From contig CM097885.1 in assembly GCA_044892525.1 (NCBI GenBank), positions 242,420,001 through 242,484,000 on the forward strand: DNA of 64,000 bases, read 5' to 3'. Position numbers and translations under genes: made by a program. This document shows, one piece after another, positions 39,255 to 49,805 of this stretch. The notes beneath the pieces are model-generated. The model saw only the letters and a program-made list of their open reading frames with translations. It made no database searches and was not told the DNA's origin. The first letter of the stretch is position 1. Each line of letters starts with the position of its first letter. The stretch comes from Schmidtea polychroa (lineage: Eukaryota).

Positions 39255-39521
39255 AATATGGAATTTCTGTCGAATAATGTGAATTAACCGGGATTATCGA
39301 TTTCAATTAGTGGGCGAATGCAAATTGACTAATGCCTATCGAATCTTATTATAAATCACGATTAGAAAATAATAGAATTAAAGATATAAATAAAGTAAAT
39401 AATAGGGAAATAGGATAAAAATAAAATAAATTATAACGATTTAAAAAGAAAAATGTTTAATGAAACAACCATTAATTAGCTGTATATTATTAAAAAAATT
39501 TTTTTTCTTTTCGCAATAGAC

Positions 39522-40007
39522 ATGACGGAATTCGCAGAACAGATGCAACAATTAATTAATTTCATTAATATAGAAAACGACCCTATTAGAACACTCATAC
39601 AAAAAAGAAAGCGAATCAACAGCATTCTACTCCAAGCAATCGGACACACACCAGTCGTACCTAATCACGTGTTATTGGCCGCAGGTTTAAGCCACTCAGA
39701 TGAAAAGATAAATCACGAAACAGTATATCAATGGTACCTAAAACGACTAAAAAACCCGGCCCTAAATCTAGAATACGAGCGAATAAAAGATCAACTACAT
39801 ACAATATCAGAGGCAATCGAACAAAAGATACAAGAGAAACTCACCAAATTACGAACCTGTCTGTCTTGCAATCTTCGCCCTATACGCATACTATTCTTAC
39901 CTTGTGGACACCTCAGTCATTGTGAAGAATGCGTGAAAGATCTGAAACGATGTACAATATGTAAAAATGGGATAAAAGAAACCCATATGGTTTATTATGG
40001 TGATTAA
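39522..40007 (+). CDS. IAP-type C-terminal RING (C3HC4) protein without BIR domains
   Basis: C-x2-C-x11-C-x-H-x3-C-x2-C-x6-C-x2-C at the extreme C-terminus (CLSC..LFLPCGHLSHCEEC..CTIC), the spacing of cIAP/XIAP-class RINGs; strong acceptor TTTTTTCTTTTCGCAATAG two nt before the ATG. Confidence 0.85.
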   Translation: MTEFAEQMQQLINFINIENDPIRTLIQKRKRINSILLQAIGHTPVVPNHVLLAAGLSHSDEKINHETVYQWYLKRLKNPALNLEYERIKDQLHTISEAIEQKIQEKLTKLRTCLSCNLRPIRILFLPCGHLSHCEECVKDLKRCTICKNGIKETHMVYYGD

Positions 40008-40572
40008 AACGACTAACCAGATGCAGTGACGTATATGCGCATTAAATTGATAAAAGACCTTTGAATACGAATATATGTACTTTTAAGTGTGAAGTAACTT
40101 TAATGTTTAATTTTAGTCTCAGGATAAAAAAAAATTTTTTTTTTGTTATGAATTAGATATTTTATCTCTTTTAATTACATCTTTGTTTATGAGATCGAAT
40201 GAAGAAGAATAAAACTAACGTGGAATTAGTCCCAATATAGGATATAAGAGTATAAACCGAGCCACCTTCGGGCGGTACGTTCTATCATAAGACAAACCAA
40301 TTGGGAGGGGATAACTGATCAACCCAAGTAAGAAGCGTAGGGCGGGGTACCACCGCAAATGATGAGAAGTTTCTACGACATGACTGATCACCATGCCAAT
40401 GTAGAAATGGATCATCGCGATCGTCGTGCGTTTTGAGCAAGGGGGGAAAGGGGAAACACTCTCAAGCGGTAAAGATTAAGTCGACAAATTAAAAGTAGAC
40501 AGAGAAAATGGTAATCTTGAGTAAAAGAGGAAAAGAGAAGTAGAATCATGCAGAGTGAGGAATATTAAAGCC

Positions 40573-40870
40573 GAGCTGTTAAATAGTCCAGCCGGTCAAG
40601 GAAAATGAAAACTGAGCTGTGAAAAGTCCAGCCAGTTCGGAGATATTGAGACCGAGTTGTTGAATAGTCCAACCGGTCAGAAGGAAGAAGATTGAGCTGT
40701 TGAATAGTGCCAGCCAGTCGTAAGATCGAGTTGTTGAATAGTCCAACCGATCAGAAGGAAGAAGATTGAGCTGTTGAATAGTGCCAGCCAGTCGTAAGAT
40801 CGAGTTGTTGAATAGTCCAACCGATCAGAAGGAAGAAGATTGAGCTGTTGAATAGTGCCAGCCAGTCGTA
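40573..40870 (+). repeat. Leader tandem array: 8 subunits of 34-41 bp forming a 74-bp higher-order repeat
   Basis: Core GAG(C/T)TGTTGAATAGT(G)CCA(G/A)CC starts at 40573, 40614, 40654, 40694, 40728, 40768, 40802, 40842. Confidence 0.92.
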
Positions 40871-41707
40871 AAGGCCTAGAAAAGCGAGAAATAGCAGTTA
40901 AGCTACAATGAGATAATATTTAAATTAATAGCGAAATGGAATATTAAAGCTAGCTAGAAACAAATTGAATGTAATTACGAAATTTGAGTTTAGAGAGGAA
41001 ATAAACGAGCTCGTGGAAAAGATGATGGATTATAGTGAAAGAGGGAGGGGAAAAAGGAAATGAATTAAAGAGATAATGGATAATAACGAATAGGTGAAAT
41101 GATGATAATGAGTAGAAGAGGAAAGTAACTAACTAATTAAAGGGATCCCAGTGAAGTAGAGAAACTCTACGGAATATTTTTTTGGTTGAACCGGGAAAAT
41201 ATATTTTTATTGGTTCCAGAGTAGAACCGAGTGAGATAATAGTAAATACGAAAAGTAAAATAGCGACAACAGCGCAAAAGGAATAGGAAAACGAAAGGGG
41301 GTAATAAGCAGAGACCGACAACGACCTATTTATACTATAATTGATAAAGATAGATAATTATTATGACTTTATAGATAATTGTTACTACCCCATATAGATA
41401 ATTTAAAATCGACAAAAAATATGGGCTGATGGGAAATTATAACCCGCGGAAAAGATTTCACAAAAGATAGGGGAAAAACAAACAGAAACCTAAAAGGTGT
41501 CTGTGTTTGAATGTTGCAGAAAGAATGATGAAGTCGTGTAAGCAGATGCAACACGAGATCATTCTTTCATTTTAGATATCAAATCAAGCCAGCCAATCAA
41601 GCCAATCCAGAACCTGCACAAAAGGAATTCGAGGAAATCGACAATCGACCAAGAATAAATCCATTCAGAACCCGCACCGAGAAACACAGCAACCGGAAGA
41701 CTCCAGA

Positions 41708-42825
41708 ATGGAAGAAGATACAGATAGCGACATCTCCAACTTCGAACGAATCACCGATATATTCAACCTCATAGTATTAGCAGCCATCTGTCAAGGACTA
41801 GTAAATCTCCTCAGAATCGCAGTAGCAGACTCATACCGAACAATTTACGAAGGAAACTTCATCAGAACCCAATCCACCCAATTCAGTAGCCGCTAATTAC
41901 AAGGAAGCGTAAGAAAAGAATCACGGATAAACCCCATCTCAGATCATCGAGTAAGTCAGGCGACGTATTATTTTCAGGAGACGAATTACAACAACTCAAA
42001 AGAGGACGATCTATTAAACATCAAAGAGGAATATCACAAGGAGCAAGAAGAACCAATCAAGTACCCATATTTGACCAAGAAAATCCCGGATATACCCCTA
42101 GTCGATCTCGAAGCAGAGAAAGTCTGTCCGATATCACTAATAGTTTAGCAACGTCAACCGAAGAATTATCAGCCCAAAGTTTAGTCACATCGTTAGATAA
42201 TTTAAAAGAAACAGACGAATCTAGAACACCAATCATGACGAATGTCGTAAAAACCGACGAGTATAAAGAGAAGTTCAGAGGAGAACCGTTCAATGGAAAT
42301 GCAAACAAGTTAGCAACGTTTATAACTAATTTTGAAGTTTATATCACGGTGTGTGGATGGACACCCGAAGCAATTAGCAAAAGGATGCCGTTGTTTTTGT
42401 GCGATAGCGCATTAGAAGTATATTTAGAAGCTAAAGAGAGAGATACGAAATTAGAGAAGTGGGAAGATATCAAAACATTCTTGAAGAAAACCTTCGGAGC
42501 CAGTAAGCCAATCAACCAGGCGTTGGGCGAACTAGCAAATAGGAAACAAAGAGCAAACGAATCGATAACATTATATGCCAGTGAATTACGGAGATTAGCG
42601 AAGAAAGCAATGAATGGAAAATTACCCGAGGAAAATTTGATCGGCTATTTCATAGAAGGATTACGCCGAGAAGAAGTAAGAGCCTCAGTAGGTTGTCAAA
42701 TGTGCAAAACGTTAGAGGAAGCCATAGATTGGGCTACAAGATGCGAGCTCCACCTTCCAGCTCAAATGAATATTATGCAAGAAGATGGGAGGAGAGCGAC
42801 AGCAACAATCAGGAACCGAAAATGA
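41708..42825 (+). CDS. gag: Gag N-terminal region and capsid domain (5' part disrupted)
   Basis: FNGNANKLATFITNFE..W..F..RKQRANESITLYASELRRLA..FIEGL fits a Ty3/gypsy capsid; the capsid frame is open from 41890, and an upstream ATG ORF at 41708-41896 is in another frame. Confidence 0.85.
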
Positions 42826-44807
42826 ACCAATTTATACCAGGAGCGCATCAAATTTTCAAACCACCACAAGGACGATCAAATGGGAATAATGGTAATCGTA
42901 ACAACCTGAATAATGAGAACAATTTTAATAATCGACGAAATTTGAACGATAACAAGCAATGCCGAACATGCGGTAAACCAGGACACTGGGACAGAGATTG
43001 TTATAGAAATGCAAATTGTAATCGTTGCGGACGGCGTGGACATACGGAAAATGTATGCCAATTGAGAGGTTGTTTTAACTGTGGTCAGCCAGGTCACATC
43101 TCCAGAGACTGCCGAGAAAGGGGCCAACCACAACGACCACCACAGCGAAATACTAATTACATGTCGAATCCGCAACGACAAAGTAACCCTAGTGAAGGAA
43201 AACAAATGAACGTTATGCAGGAAATCTCACAAATGAAACAGATGATGCAACAAATGATGAGACCAAGACAAGAACCAGCACCACAACAAACCCAGAATAT
43301 ACGTATGATGAGGAGTACCGAAAATCTCAACAGTTACGAAGTACATCAACATGTACAAGAATGGCAAAGACTACAGGCCGAGGAAGAGAGGATAAAACAA
43401 GAACGCAACCAACAACGACAAGAACAACCATTGCGAATAAATATGATGAAGTTAGTAAAAGACATGAAAAGCCAGTACTGTTACAATTACGGGAAAAACC
43501 CAAGGGTAGTACCCATGACTGAACCAGAAAAGGTAAAAGAAACAACAACGGAAAGGAAAACAGAGAATTCAACCACGATCCTAAAAGGGAACCAGAGAAT
43601 TCAGAAAATATTCTGGAAAAAGATAAAAGATAAAATAGAAAAGAAACATGAAGAAACGGAAATAAGAATAAAAGAGGAAAACAACCAAAACAAGGAGCAA
43701 ATCAGTCAGCTAAACCACCAAATGCTACAAGAATTGGAATCAGAAGAAACAACGATATTCGAAAGAAGGAAACTAAAGCGAGTACCACGGATGAGGAATC
43801 TGCGAATCAACATGATGAAAAGGACAAAAGATGCGACATCGTCAGACGAAGAGGTAGACTATGTGAGCAGTTTGGGTGGAGAAATACTACAGCTAAACGA
43901 AACTAGGGAACCTCCAAAGGGGGAAATCAAAGAGGAAGAAAGCGAAAGCGAGATAACCAGTGAAAGTGAAGACGAGGATATCGAAATAAAGTTGAGAAAA
44001 GCGAGGGAGGAAGCGATAAAACAAGTAGCTGAAATACTCCCGGTGGTAGTGAGAAACCAAGAGTTCATCGATGTAATACCATTCAGGCGATTCGTACAAA
44101 AAGTGATGAAATTGGAAAGAAACGAGAAAGATTTAATACCAAGCGAAGAAAAGTTGATAATAAAAAAGTATATGGAAAAAATGAAGCAGGTCGATACCAC
44201 TCGATATGTAATAAAGATCGGAACGAGTAAAGGACTTGAGAGAATATGGATTAAAAACACAGTCACCGACGAACTTTTCGATTGGATACGAGAACACTTA
44301 GGTAGCTCGAGGAAAACGGAGTACCTATACCAATATCAAGGAGAGCAAGTTAAACCAGATATGCACTTAGTAGACGCACTGATCTGGCCAGGAGAAACGC
44401 AAATACTAAAGTTGCACAAAGAAAAACAACCAGCCAACCTTTACGATTGGGCTAAAGATGCCAAGGCAGAATATGATTTTAATATCAAATTGAAATTAGA
44501 ACAAATAAAACAATGTACTCTGAGACGAAACCTGGACAAGCTGATCAAACAAATTCAAGAACAAGTAGAAGACAACTGGGATTTACTCATCACCAGACGA
44601 GCCCCAGCCATATACGAACTAATGAGCCGATTGCGAGATACAGAATTGCTCCGAATGAGTGATTGGAGAACCATAAATTTGATTCACAAATATGGAAGGT
44701 TAAAAGAAACCCAGCCACAGAAGTTAGAAATAACCATATGGTTACCGAACGAAGAGAAACGACGAATAAAAAAAAGGTACGTAGCGAAAGTAGTGATGGT
44801 ATGGTAG
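42693..44807 (+). CDS. Gag continuation: three CCHC zinc knuckles, Q/E-rich coiled region, ubiquitin-like domain 1 and start of domain 2
   Basis: CRTCGKPGHWDRDC (42960), CNRCGRRGHTENVC (43017), CFNCGQPGHISRDC (43071); joins the capsid frame by a -1 shift near 42790. Confidence 0.88.
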   Translation: MSNVQNVRGSHRLGYKMRAPPSSSNEYYARRWEESDSNNQEPKMNQFIPGAHQIFKPPQGRSNGNNGNRNNLNNENNFNNRRNLNDNKQCRTCGKPGHWDRDCYRNANCNRCGRRGHTENVCQLRGCFNCGQPGHISRDCRERGQPQRPPQRNTNYMSNPQRQSNPSEGKQMNVMQEISQMKQMMQQMMRPRQEPAPQQTQNIRMMRSTENLNSYEVHQHVQEWQRLQAEEERIKQERNQQRQEQPLRINMMKLVKDMKSQYCYNYGKNPRVVPMTEPEKVKETTTERKTENSTTILKGNQRIQKIFWKKIKDKIEKKHEETEIRIKEENNQNKEQISQLNHQMLQELESEETTIFERRKLKRVPRMRNLRINMMKRTKDATSSDEEVDYVSSLGGEILQLNETREPPKGEIKEEESESEITSESEDEDIEIKLRKAREEAIKQVAEILPVVVRNQEFIDVIPFRRFVQKVMKLERNEKDLIPSEEKLIIKKYMEKMKQVDTTRYVIKIGTSKGLERIWIKNTVTDELFDWIREHLGSSRKTEYLYQYQGEQVKPDMHLVDALIWPGETQILKLHKEKQPANLYDWAKDAKAEYDFNIKLKLEQIKQCTLRRNLDKLIKQIQEQVEDNWDLLITRRAPAIYELMSRLRDTELLRMSDWRTINLIHKYGRLKETQPQKLEITIWLPNEEKRRIKKRYVAKVVMVW

Positions 44808-46030
44808 ATGATGTAGTCATGATGTACGATAAAATAATATTACGAGCGGAGGACGACACCTCGTTGAGCGAAATGGGTATGTGGGACGATCATCAGATAA
44901 TCAGGATAGTACCAATGGATGAATTTCGAACAAGAGACGTAACATATCAAAAAGAAATACGAGACCGGATGAAAACGTTATATCAAAAATCTACAGAAAT
45001 AATTGAAATTCACCAACAATGGTTAAAAGAAAAGGAACTACAAGGAAAAATCACGAAACTAAGTACCAGATCCTGCAGACGAACCCCATGGGAAAGAGTG
45101 TGGAATACAGAAAATAAGGAATGGGAAATCCGGAAAGGAATCTTCGTAGAAACAGACATTGGTGAGACAGGAAGTGAATCGGAGGAAGAAGAAGAGGAAC
45201 CTCCAGAATATGAAGAGGAAGCAAGGGGACAGACATCAGATGACGAAAGCGAGACGGACGTCACGTCAGAAAGCGAAAATGAAGCGAGACATATTCATGC
45301 AATGCGGAAAAAGGAACGTGAATATGCCGATATGGACGGCGAGGAAGCGATAAAAGCAAGAGAACGAGAAGAGAAAGAAAGATATAAACAATTAGGCGAT
45401 ATCTTAGCAATGGGAGCAAAAAATCAAAAACGCCAAGTAGTAGCATTGGCTAACATCATCTTAAAGACATCAGAGAACATCCACAATCTGAGAGGAATGG
45501 GAAAGGCAATAGAGGAATACCGGCAATATAATGAATGGTATCCAGAACAGCTAGAACAAATTATTCGAAAATGGAGAAATCAGGAATGGGCACAAGACAC
45601 CCAGGAGAGGTATCACATCCGAATCAAGTATCCGGACAAGAGCATCGAGGAACTAGAGGTGCATCCAACAACAAAGATTAGAGAATTAAAAAAGAAATTA
45701 GCATATGAAACTCCATTCCATCTGCAACTATTCGGAAAATCACTAGACGATAATGCAGACGTCGGAATAACACCCATGAGATTGGAAGAGACGAATGTGT
45801 TAACAATGGCGGAAACGTTGGGAAAACCGTTGAAAAGGAAAAGCAAAATTAATAAACCAACAAAAGGCAGTTTGAGTACTCCAAGTCCGAACAAAGCACC
45901 AAGTAAATCTAATGAAACTGAAGAAGTCGAAGAGATTATCCTCGAAGATAGCGACGATGAACCAGGAGAAAGATCACCGCTATTAGTGAGATGGCCGACA
46001 GGAGCCGAAATCATCAGATGGATCATGTAA
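44663..46030 (+). CDS. Polyprotein continuation: rest of Ubl2, acidic PPEY region, ubiquitin-like domain 3
   Basis: IRIKYPDKSIEELEVHPTTKIRELKKKL..LFGKSLDD aligns by eye to ubiquitin [36 protein letters not shown]; -1 shift from the previous ORF near 44770-44800. Confidence 0.75.
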   Translation: MENHKFDSQIWKVKRNPATEVRNNHMVTERRETTNKKKVRSESSDGMVDDVVMMYDKIILRAEDDTSLSEMGMWDDHQIIRIVPMDEFRTRDVTYQKEIRDRMKTLYQKSTEIIEIHQQWLKEKELQGKITKLSTRSCRRTPWERVWNTENKEWEIRKGIFVETDIGETGSESEEEEEEPPEYEEEARGQTSDDESETDVTSESENEARHIHAMRKKEREYADMDGEEAIKAREREEKERYKQLGDILAMGAKNQKRQVVALANIILKTSENIHNLRGMGKAIEEYRQYNEWYPEQLEQIIRKWRNQEWAQDTQERYHIRIKYPDKSIEELEVHPTTKIRELKKKLAYETPFHLQLFGKSLDDNADVGITPMRLEETNVLTMAETLGKPLKRKSKINKPTKGSLSTPSPNKAPSKSNETEEVEEIILEDSDDEPGERSPLLVRWPTGAEIIRWIM

Positions 46031-47470
46031 CGGAGGTACATATACGATCCGAGGCGAGGTGATATCAGGAGTAGTAGTGATTGAGTCCTATACGGTTGAA
46101 TTAAAAGAATACGAAGCGCAATTCGACGCAAATAATTATCAAATGAAGACCAACCCAGCATGTAGAGCTACGGAAAATGTATGCAAGACAGGAGTATCAA
46201 CTATAATCTATGAAGCTAATACCCAAAAATGCCGACTTCAACTGTTAAAAAGTGCTTTGTTTAACGAAGTAAAAGGAGAAATTTACGAGAACGAAAATGA
46301 CGAGGATGGAAACGAAAGAGTGAGAATGCGAAATGGAAAACCAATGCCACCATCTCCCAGAGAAAAAAGACTCTCAACGCAGAAAACACCAACAGCACTA
46401 ATCACCGACGATCCAGATCTAGGTATGAGATTTATCAATGAGAAAGAAACCACCAAATGCGACAGTATAGTATATAAAACCAATTACGCGGGTATCTATA
46501 TGTCGAGACAAATAATCGATAGAGCAGTGGGAAAGATAGCAACGGAGGACGTAAAACTATACTTATATGCAAATAATAAAATGGACTTTCTGTTTCATCG
46601 TGGCCAGACGACGTTGCAAAAAGTATATTACGATCTTATACAAAACGATTGTTCATTGAATAAAGAAATACTGAAAACAAAGCTGGCTATTGCGATAACG
46701 CACCCAGATAACACGATGCCATCACTCCCCTTACCAGATGGACATTTTGGTAGAATGGTAGGAGAAGTGATGTACACATACCAGTGTACCAAGACGTATG
46801 CACGAATGCCCGAAAAATCCACACTACCCGAAAAGAAATGTGCAAATGAATTAGAGATTCGTTATAAAGGACAAAATCGATTCGTCCAACCAGTCACCAG
46901 AATTATGAACCCAGTAGGCTTCTACCCAAATCTATTTAACTGTTCTAATGCGTACGGACCATTGTATGAAAGACCAGATGGAAAATGGGTAATGTTACCA
47001 GTAAAGTCTGTAACTGAGGAACCCAAAAAGTTCGGATTAATAGAACTCGCCACAGAGTTGGATTTCAAACCTATAGACGTGTCAAACGGTGGTATGTATT
47101 CGGCAGAAGATTTAGAAACGGCTCGGCTTAACGTATTATTCCCAGCAAGGCGAGAATCTATATTGTCGAACATGGTCACAATAACTGGGGGAACGAATTA
47201 CCAATCAGGCCCAAACTATGAACTACTGCTGTCACCAGACCATTTTCAACAAGCAACCTCAAATATGATGAAAGCAATGTGGGGAAGATTCTTAGTTTTT
47301 GGACAAATGATGGCCGGAATATTGGGGATCATACTCATAATTCAGATAGTCAGAGTAATACTAACACAAATGTTAGCTTGTTTTGATATATACAAGCGAG
47401 AAAAGAAAGTGAATTGGAAAATGATAGTAGGATTTCTACCATTCCTAGCTAAAACTATGGTGTTACATGG
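45990..47470 (+). CDS. env: Chuvirus-like (class III, gB-related) fusion glycoprotein domain, N-terminally truncated, in frame with pol
   Basis: Collinear motifs GSCNGGTY..GVVV, C..TENVC..STIIY, KLYLYANNKMDFL, LIQNDCSLNKEIL, GEVMYTYQC, CANEL..RFVQPVTRI, GGMYSAEDL..VLFPA and WGRFLVFGQMMAGILGIILII(TM), as recalled for chuvirus-type glycoproteins. Confidence 0.82.
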
Positions 47471-49805
47471 TCACTCAAAGGACATTCATCGAATAAAACG
47501 ATTGATTAAAATATTAACGAAGATTAAAGGAACCGACGAAGAAGTAGGCAGACGATTCCGGAAAGTAATGTACGATGAAGCAACAAGACGACAACTGAAA
47601 AAGAATAAGCCAAAATTTTTGGACCGATTCAGAAGTCAATCATCTAACAGCGATAGTGACGACGATGATAACGGGAACGATAAATGTCTATATCCAAACA
47701 GAAACCCAAACGAAAAACCAATGGAAACAGCACCATATTGGGAAAAGGAAAAGACAAACCCCTGGATCGCCAATGGAAGCTATATACCACCGGATATCGT
47801 GGGACCACAAGCCGCTTTGACCATGACACAAAATATGTATCCGCAATTACCGAGTCAACCCGGTATGCATTATATGCCAACGCGACGTACCAAAAGCGTA
47901 GATCAAGCAGATGACGTACGAACAATAGCAGCAATGAATTTACCTGGAGGTCCAGCAGTGACAGTCATGATTCAAATCAATGGTAAAGAAACCAATGCTA
48001 TGATAGACACAGGAGCTAATGTATCAGCGATAGCGATTAATCAAATTCCCAGTAAGCACTGGAAAGATATCGAATCAACAACAATCCACATCATAGCATG
48101 TAGTAAAGAAACAGTGGACGTGGTCGGAAGATGGTGGACTACATTGAGATACCAGGACAACGAAATTGAAACGTATTTGGCAGTAATACCAAAACTTAGC
48201 GTACCATGCATAATCGGAACGGATTTGATGCCAGAATTATTAAAAGAAGTGGTAATTGACTTAACAACCATGTGCTTAAAAGACAGAACAGGCAGAATAT
48301 GCAAAATGAATGCCATAATCAGATGTCCAGAGAAAATTGTGGTACCAGCAAAATCGCAGATGATTTGTCAAATAAAAGTGGATACGGGTATGGAAGGAGA
48401 AGTTATCTTTGAGCCAAGCAAATCATTCGAAAAGCGACGAGAGTTACCCCTCGCCAGAGAAATAATAACAATAAACCCAGAAGGGGTGATACCGATCAAC
48501 ATCACAAATTTTGAAGAGGAAGACAAAATCATCTACGAAAATGAAAGATTGGGAAAATTAACTCCAATGATCAATATCGAATTACCAAAAGTGACCAACG
48601 AGATGACCAAAGACGACGAATTATGGACAATCGACAGTACATTGTTAACGGATGCTGAAAGGAGAAAATTGCACCGATTATTAGTAGAATATAAAGATAT
48701 ATTCGCCATCTCAGATTTAGATTTGGGTACATGCGATGTTACCCTACATGCAATACCACTCATAGACGAAACCCCAATTGCATTGAGACCATACAAGCTA
48801 GCAGAAATGCAAAAAGAAATAGCCGAAGCAGAAGTACAAAAAATGTTAGACGCAAAAGTGATCGAACCAAGTTGCTCACCTTGGCAATTCCCAGTGGTCA
48901 TGGTGAAAAAGAAAGATGGCACCCAACGATTCTGTATCGATTATCGAAAGTTAAACGCAGTAACCAAGAGAGATACCTATCCATTGCCGGACATCAATGA
49001 AATGTTACTCATGTTGCAAGAGGCAGCATATTTTACTTCTTTAGATTTAAAAAGTGGATACTGGCAGATTAAAGTCAAAGATGAGGACAAAGAGAAAACA
49101 GCTTTCACGTTGGGACGAGATCTATATCAGTTCAGAAAAATGCCATTCGGACTGACCAACGCACCAGCATCATTTCAAAGGTGTATGAACTTTGTCACTC
49201 ATGGAATCAAACAATGTATGGTATATATTGATGATTTGTTAATCTATTCAGCGACATTTGAACAACATCTGGAGGATATCCGAAACGTATTTATTAGATT
49301 AAGACAATGGAAACTCAAGCTCAAACCCTCAAAATGCGATTGGGCAAAGGAAAAAGTCACGTTTTTAGGACACATAGTGTCAGCTAAAGGAAAGGAGCCA
49401 GATCCAAGAAACATTGAGAAAATAAAAACATGTCCAGCACCGAAAACTGTCACCCAAGTTCAGGAATTTCTAGGATTATGCGGATACTACCGCAAATTTA
49501 TCAAAAATTATGCAGGAATTGCAAAACCAATCCAGGAATTAGTAAAGAAAGACATTTCGTTCATTTGGGAAAAGGAACAACAAGAGGCGTTTGAAACGCT
49601 GAGAGACAAACTAATCGAAGCACCAATCCTCGTACACCCAGATTTCAAGAAGCCATTTCTATTAGCAACGGATGCAAGCGGGTACGCGGCAGGCGCGATT
49701 CTGGGACAATTAGACGACGAAGGTAAAGAGAGAGTAATCGGGTATTACAGTCGAACATTCAAAAAGCACGAGAAGAACTATTCGGTAACAGAACGAGAAG
49801 CATAG
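46059..49805 (+). CDS. pol: Env-PR-RT-RNaseH(5' part) continuous ORF ending at a premature TAG
   Basis: Protease IDTGAN at 48003-48020; RT PWQFPVVMVKKKDG..RFCIDYRKLN, MPFGLTNAPASFQR, YIDD at 49224; RNaseH LATDASG..ERE; TAG at 49803 replaces L of EREALA. Confidence 0.97.
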   Translation: MISGVVVIESYTVELKEYEAQFDANNYQMKTNPACRATENVCKTGVSTIIYEANTQKCRLQLLKSALFNEVKGEIYENENDEDGNERVRMRNGKPMPPSPREKRLSTQKTPTALITDDPDLGMRFINEKETTKCDSIVYKTNYAGIYMSRQIIDRAVGKIATEDVKLYLYANNKMDFLFHRGQTTLQKVYYDLIQNDCSLNKEILKTKLAIAITHPDNTMPSLPLPDGHFGRMVGEVMYTYQCTKTYARMPEKSTLPEKKCANELEIRYKGQNRFVQPVTRIMNPVGFYPNLFNCSNAYGPLYERPDGKWVMLPVKSVTEEPKKFGLIELATELDFKPIDVSNGGMYSAEDLETARLNVLFPARRESILSNMVTITGGTNYQSGPNYELLLSPDHFQQATSNMMKAMWGRFLVFGQMMAGILGIILIIQIVRVILTQMLACFDIYKREKKVNWKMIVGFLPFLAKTMVLHGHSKDIHRIKRLIKILTKIKGTDEEVGRRFRKVMYDEATRRQLKKNKPKFLDRFRSQSSNSDSDDDDNGNDKCLYPNRNPNEKPMETAPYWEKEKTNPWIANGSYIPPDIVGPQAALTMTQNMYPQLPSQPGMHYMPTRRTKSVDQADDVRTIAAMNLPGGPAVTVMIQINGKETNAMIDTGANVSAIAINQIPSKHWKDIESTTIHIIACSKETVDVVGRWWTTLRYQDNEIETYLAVIPKLSVPCIIGTDLMPELLKEVVIDLTTMCLKDRTGRICKMNAIIRCPEKIVVPAKSQMICQIKVDTGMEGEVIFEPSKSFEKRRELPLAREIITINPEGVIPINITNFEEEDKIIYENERLGKLTPMINIELPKVTNEMTKDDELWTIDSTLLTDAERRKLHRLLVEYKDIFAISDLDLGTCDVTLHAIPLIDETPIALRPYKLAEMQKEIAEAEVQKMLDAKVIEPSCSPWQFPVVMVKKKDGTQRFCIDYRKLNAVTKRDTYPLPDINEMLLMLQEAAYFTSLDLKSGYWQIKVKDEDKEKTAFTLGRDLYQFRKMPFGLTNAPASFQRCMNFVTHGIKQCMVYIDDLLIYSATFEQHLEDIRNVFIRLRQWKLKLKPSKCDWAKEKVTFLGHIVSAKGKEPDPRNIEKIKTCPAPKTVTQVQEFLGLCGYYRKFIKNYAGIAKPIQELVKKDISFIWEKEQQEAFETLRDKLIEAPILVHPDFKKPFLLATDASGYAAGAILGQLDDEGKERVIGYYSRTFKKHEKNYSVTEREA

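Noticed and set aside
40355-40410. TGATGAG...GAAA resembling a hammerhead ribozyme core
   Set aside because: Lacks the CUGA start and stem II cannot form next to the core; only an ordinary hairpin (TTTCTAC/GTAGAAA).
40573-40870. Repeat array resembling CRISPR
   Set aside because: Eukaryotic context, spacers are themselves repeated, no cas genes.
44765-44777. A8 run as a programmed -1 frameshift site
   Set aside because: In-phase A AAA AAA exists, but the shift falls inside a putative Ubl domain and a 1-bp deletion near 44795 explains it equally well; not supportable without other copies.
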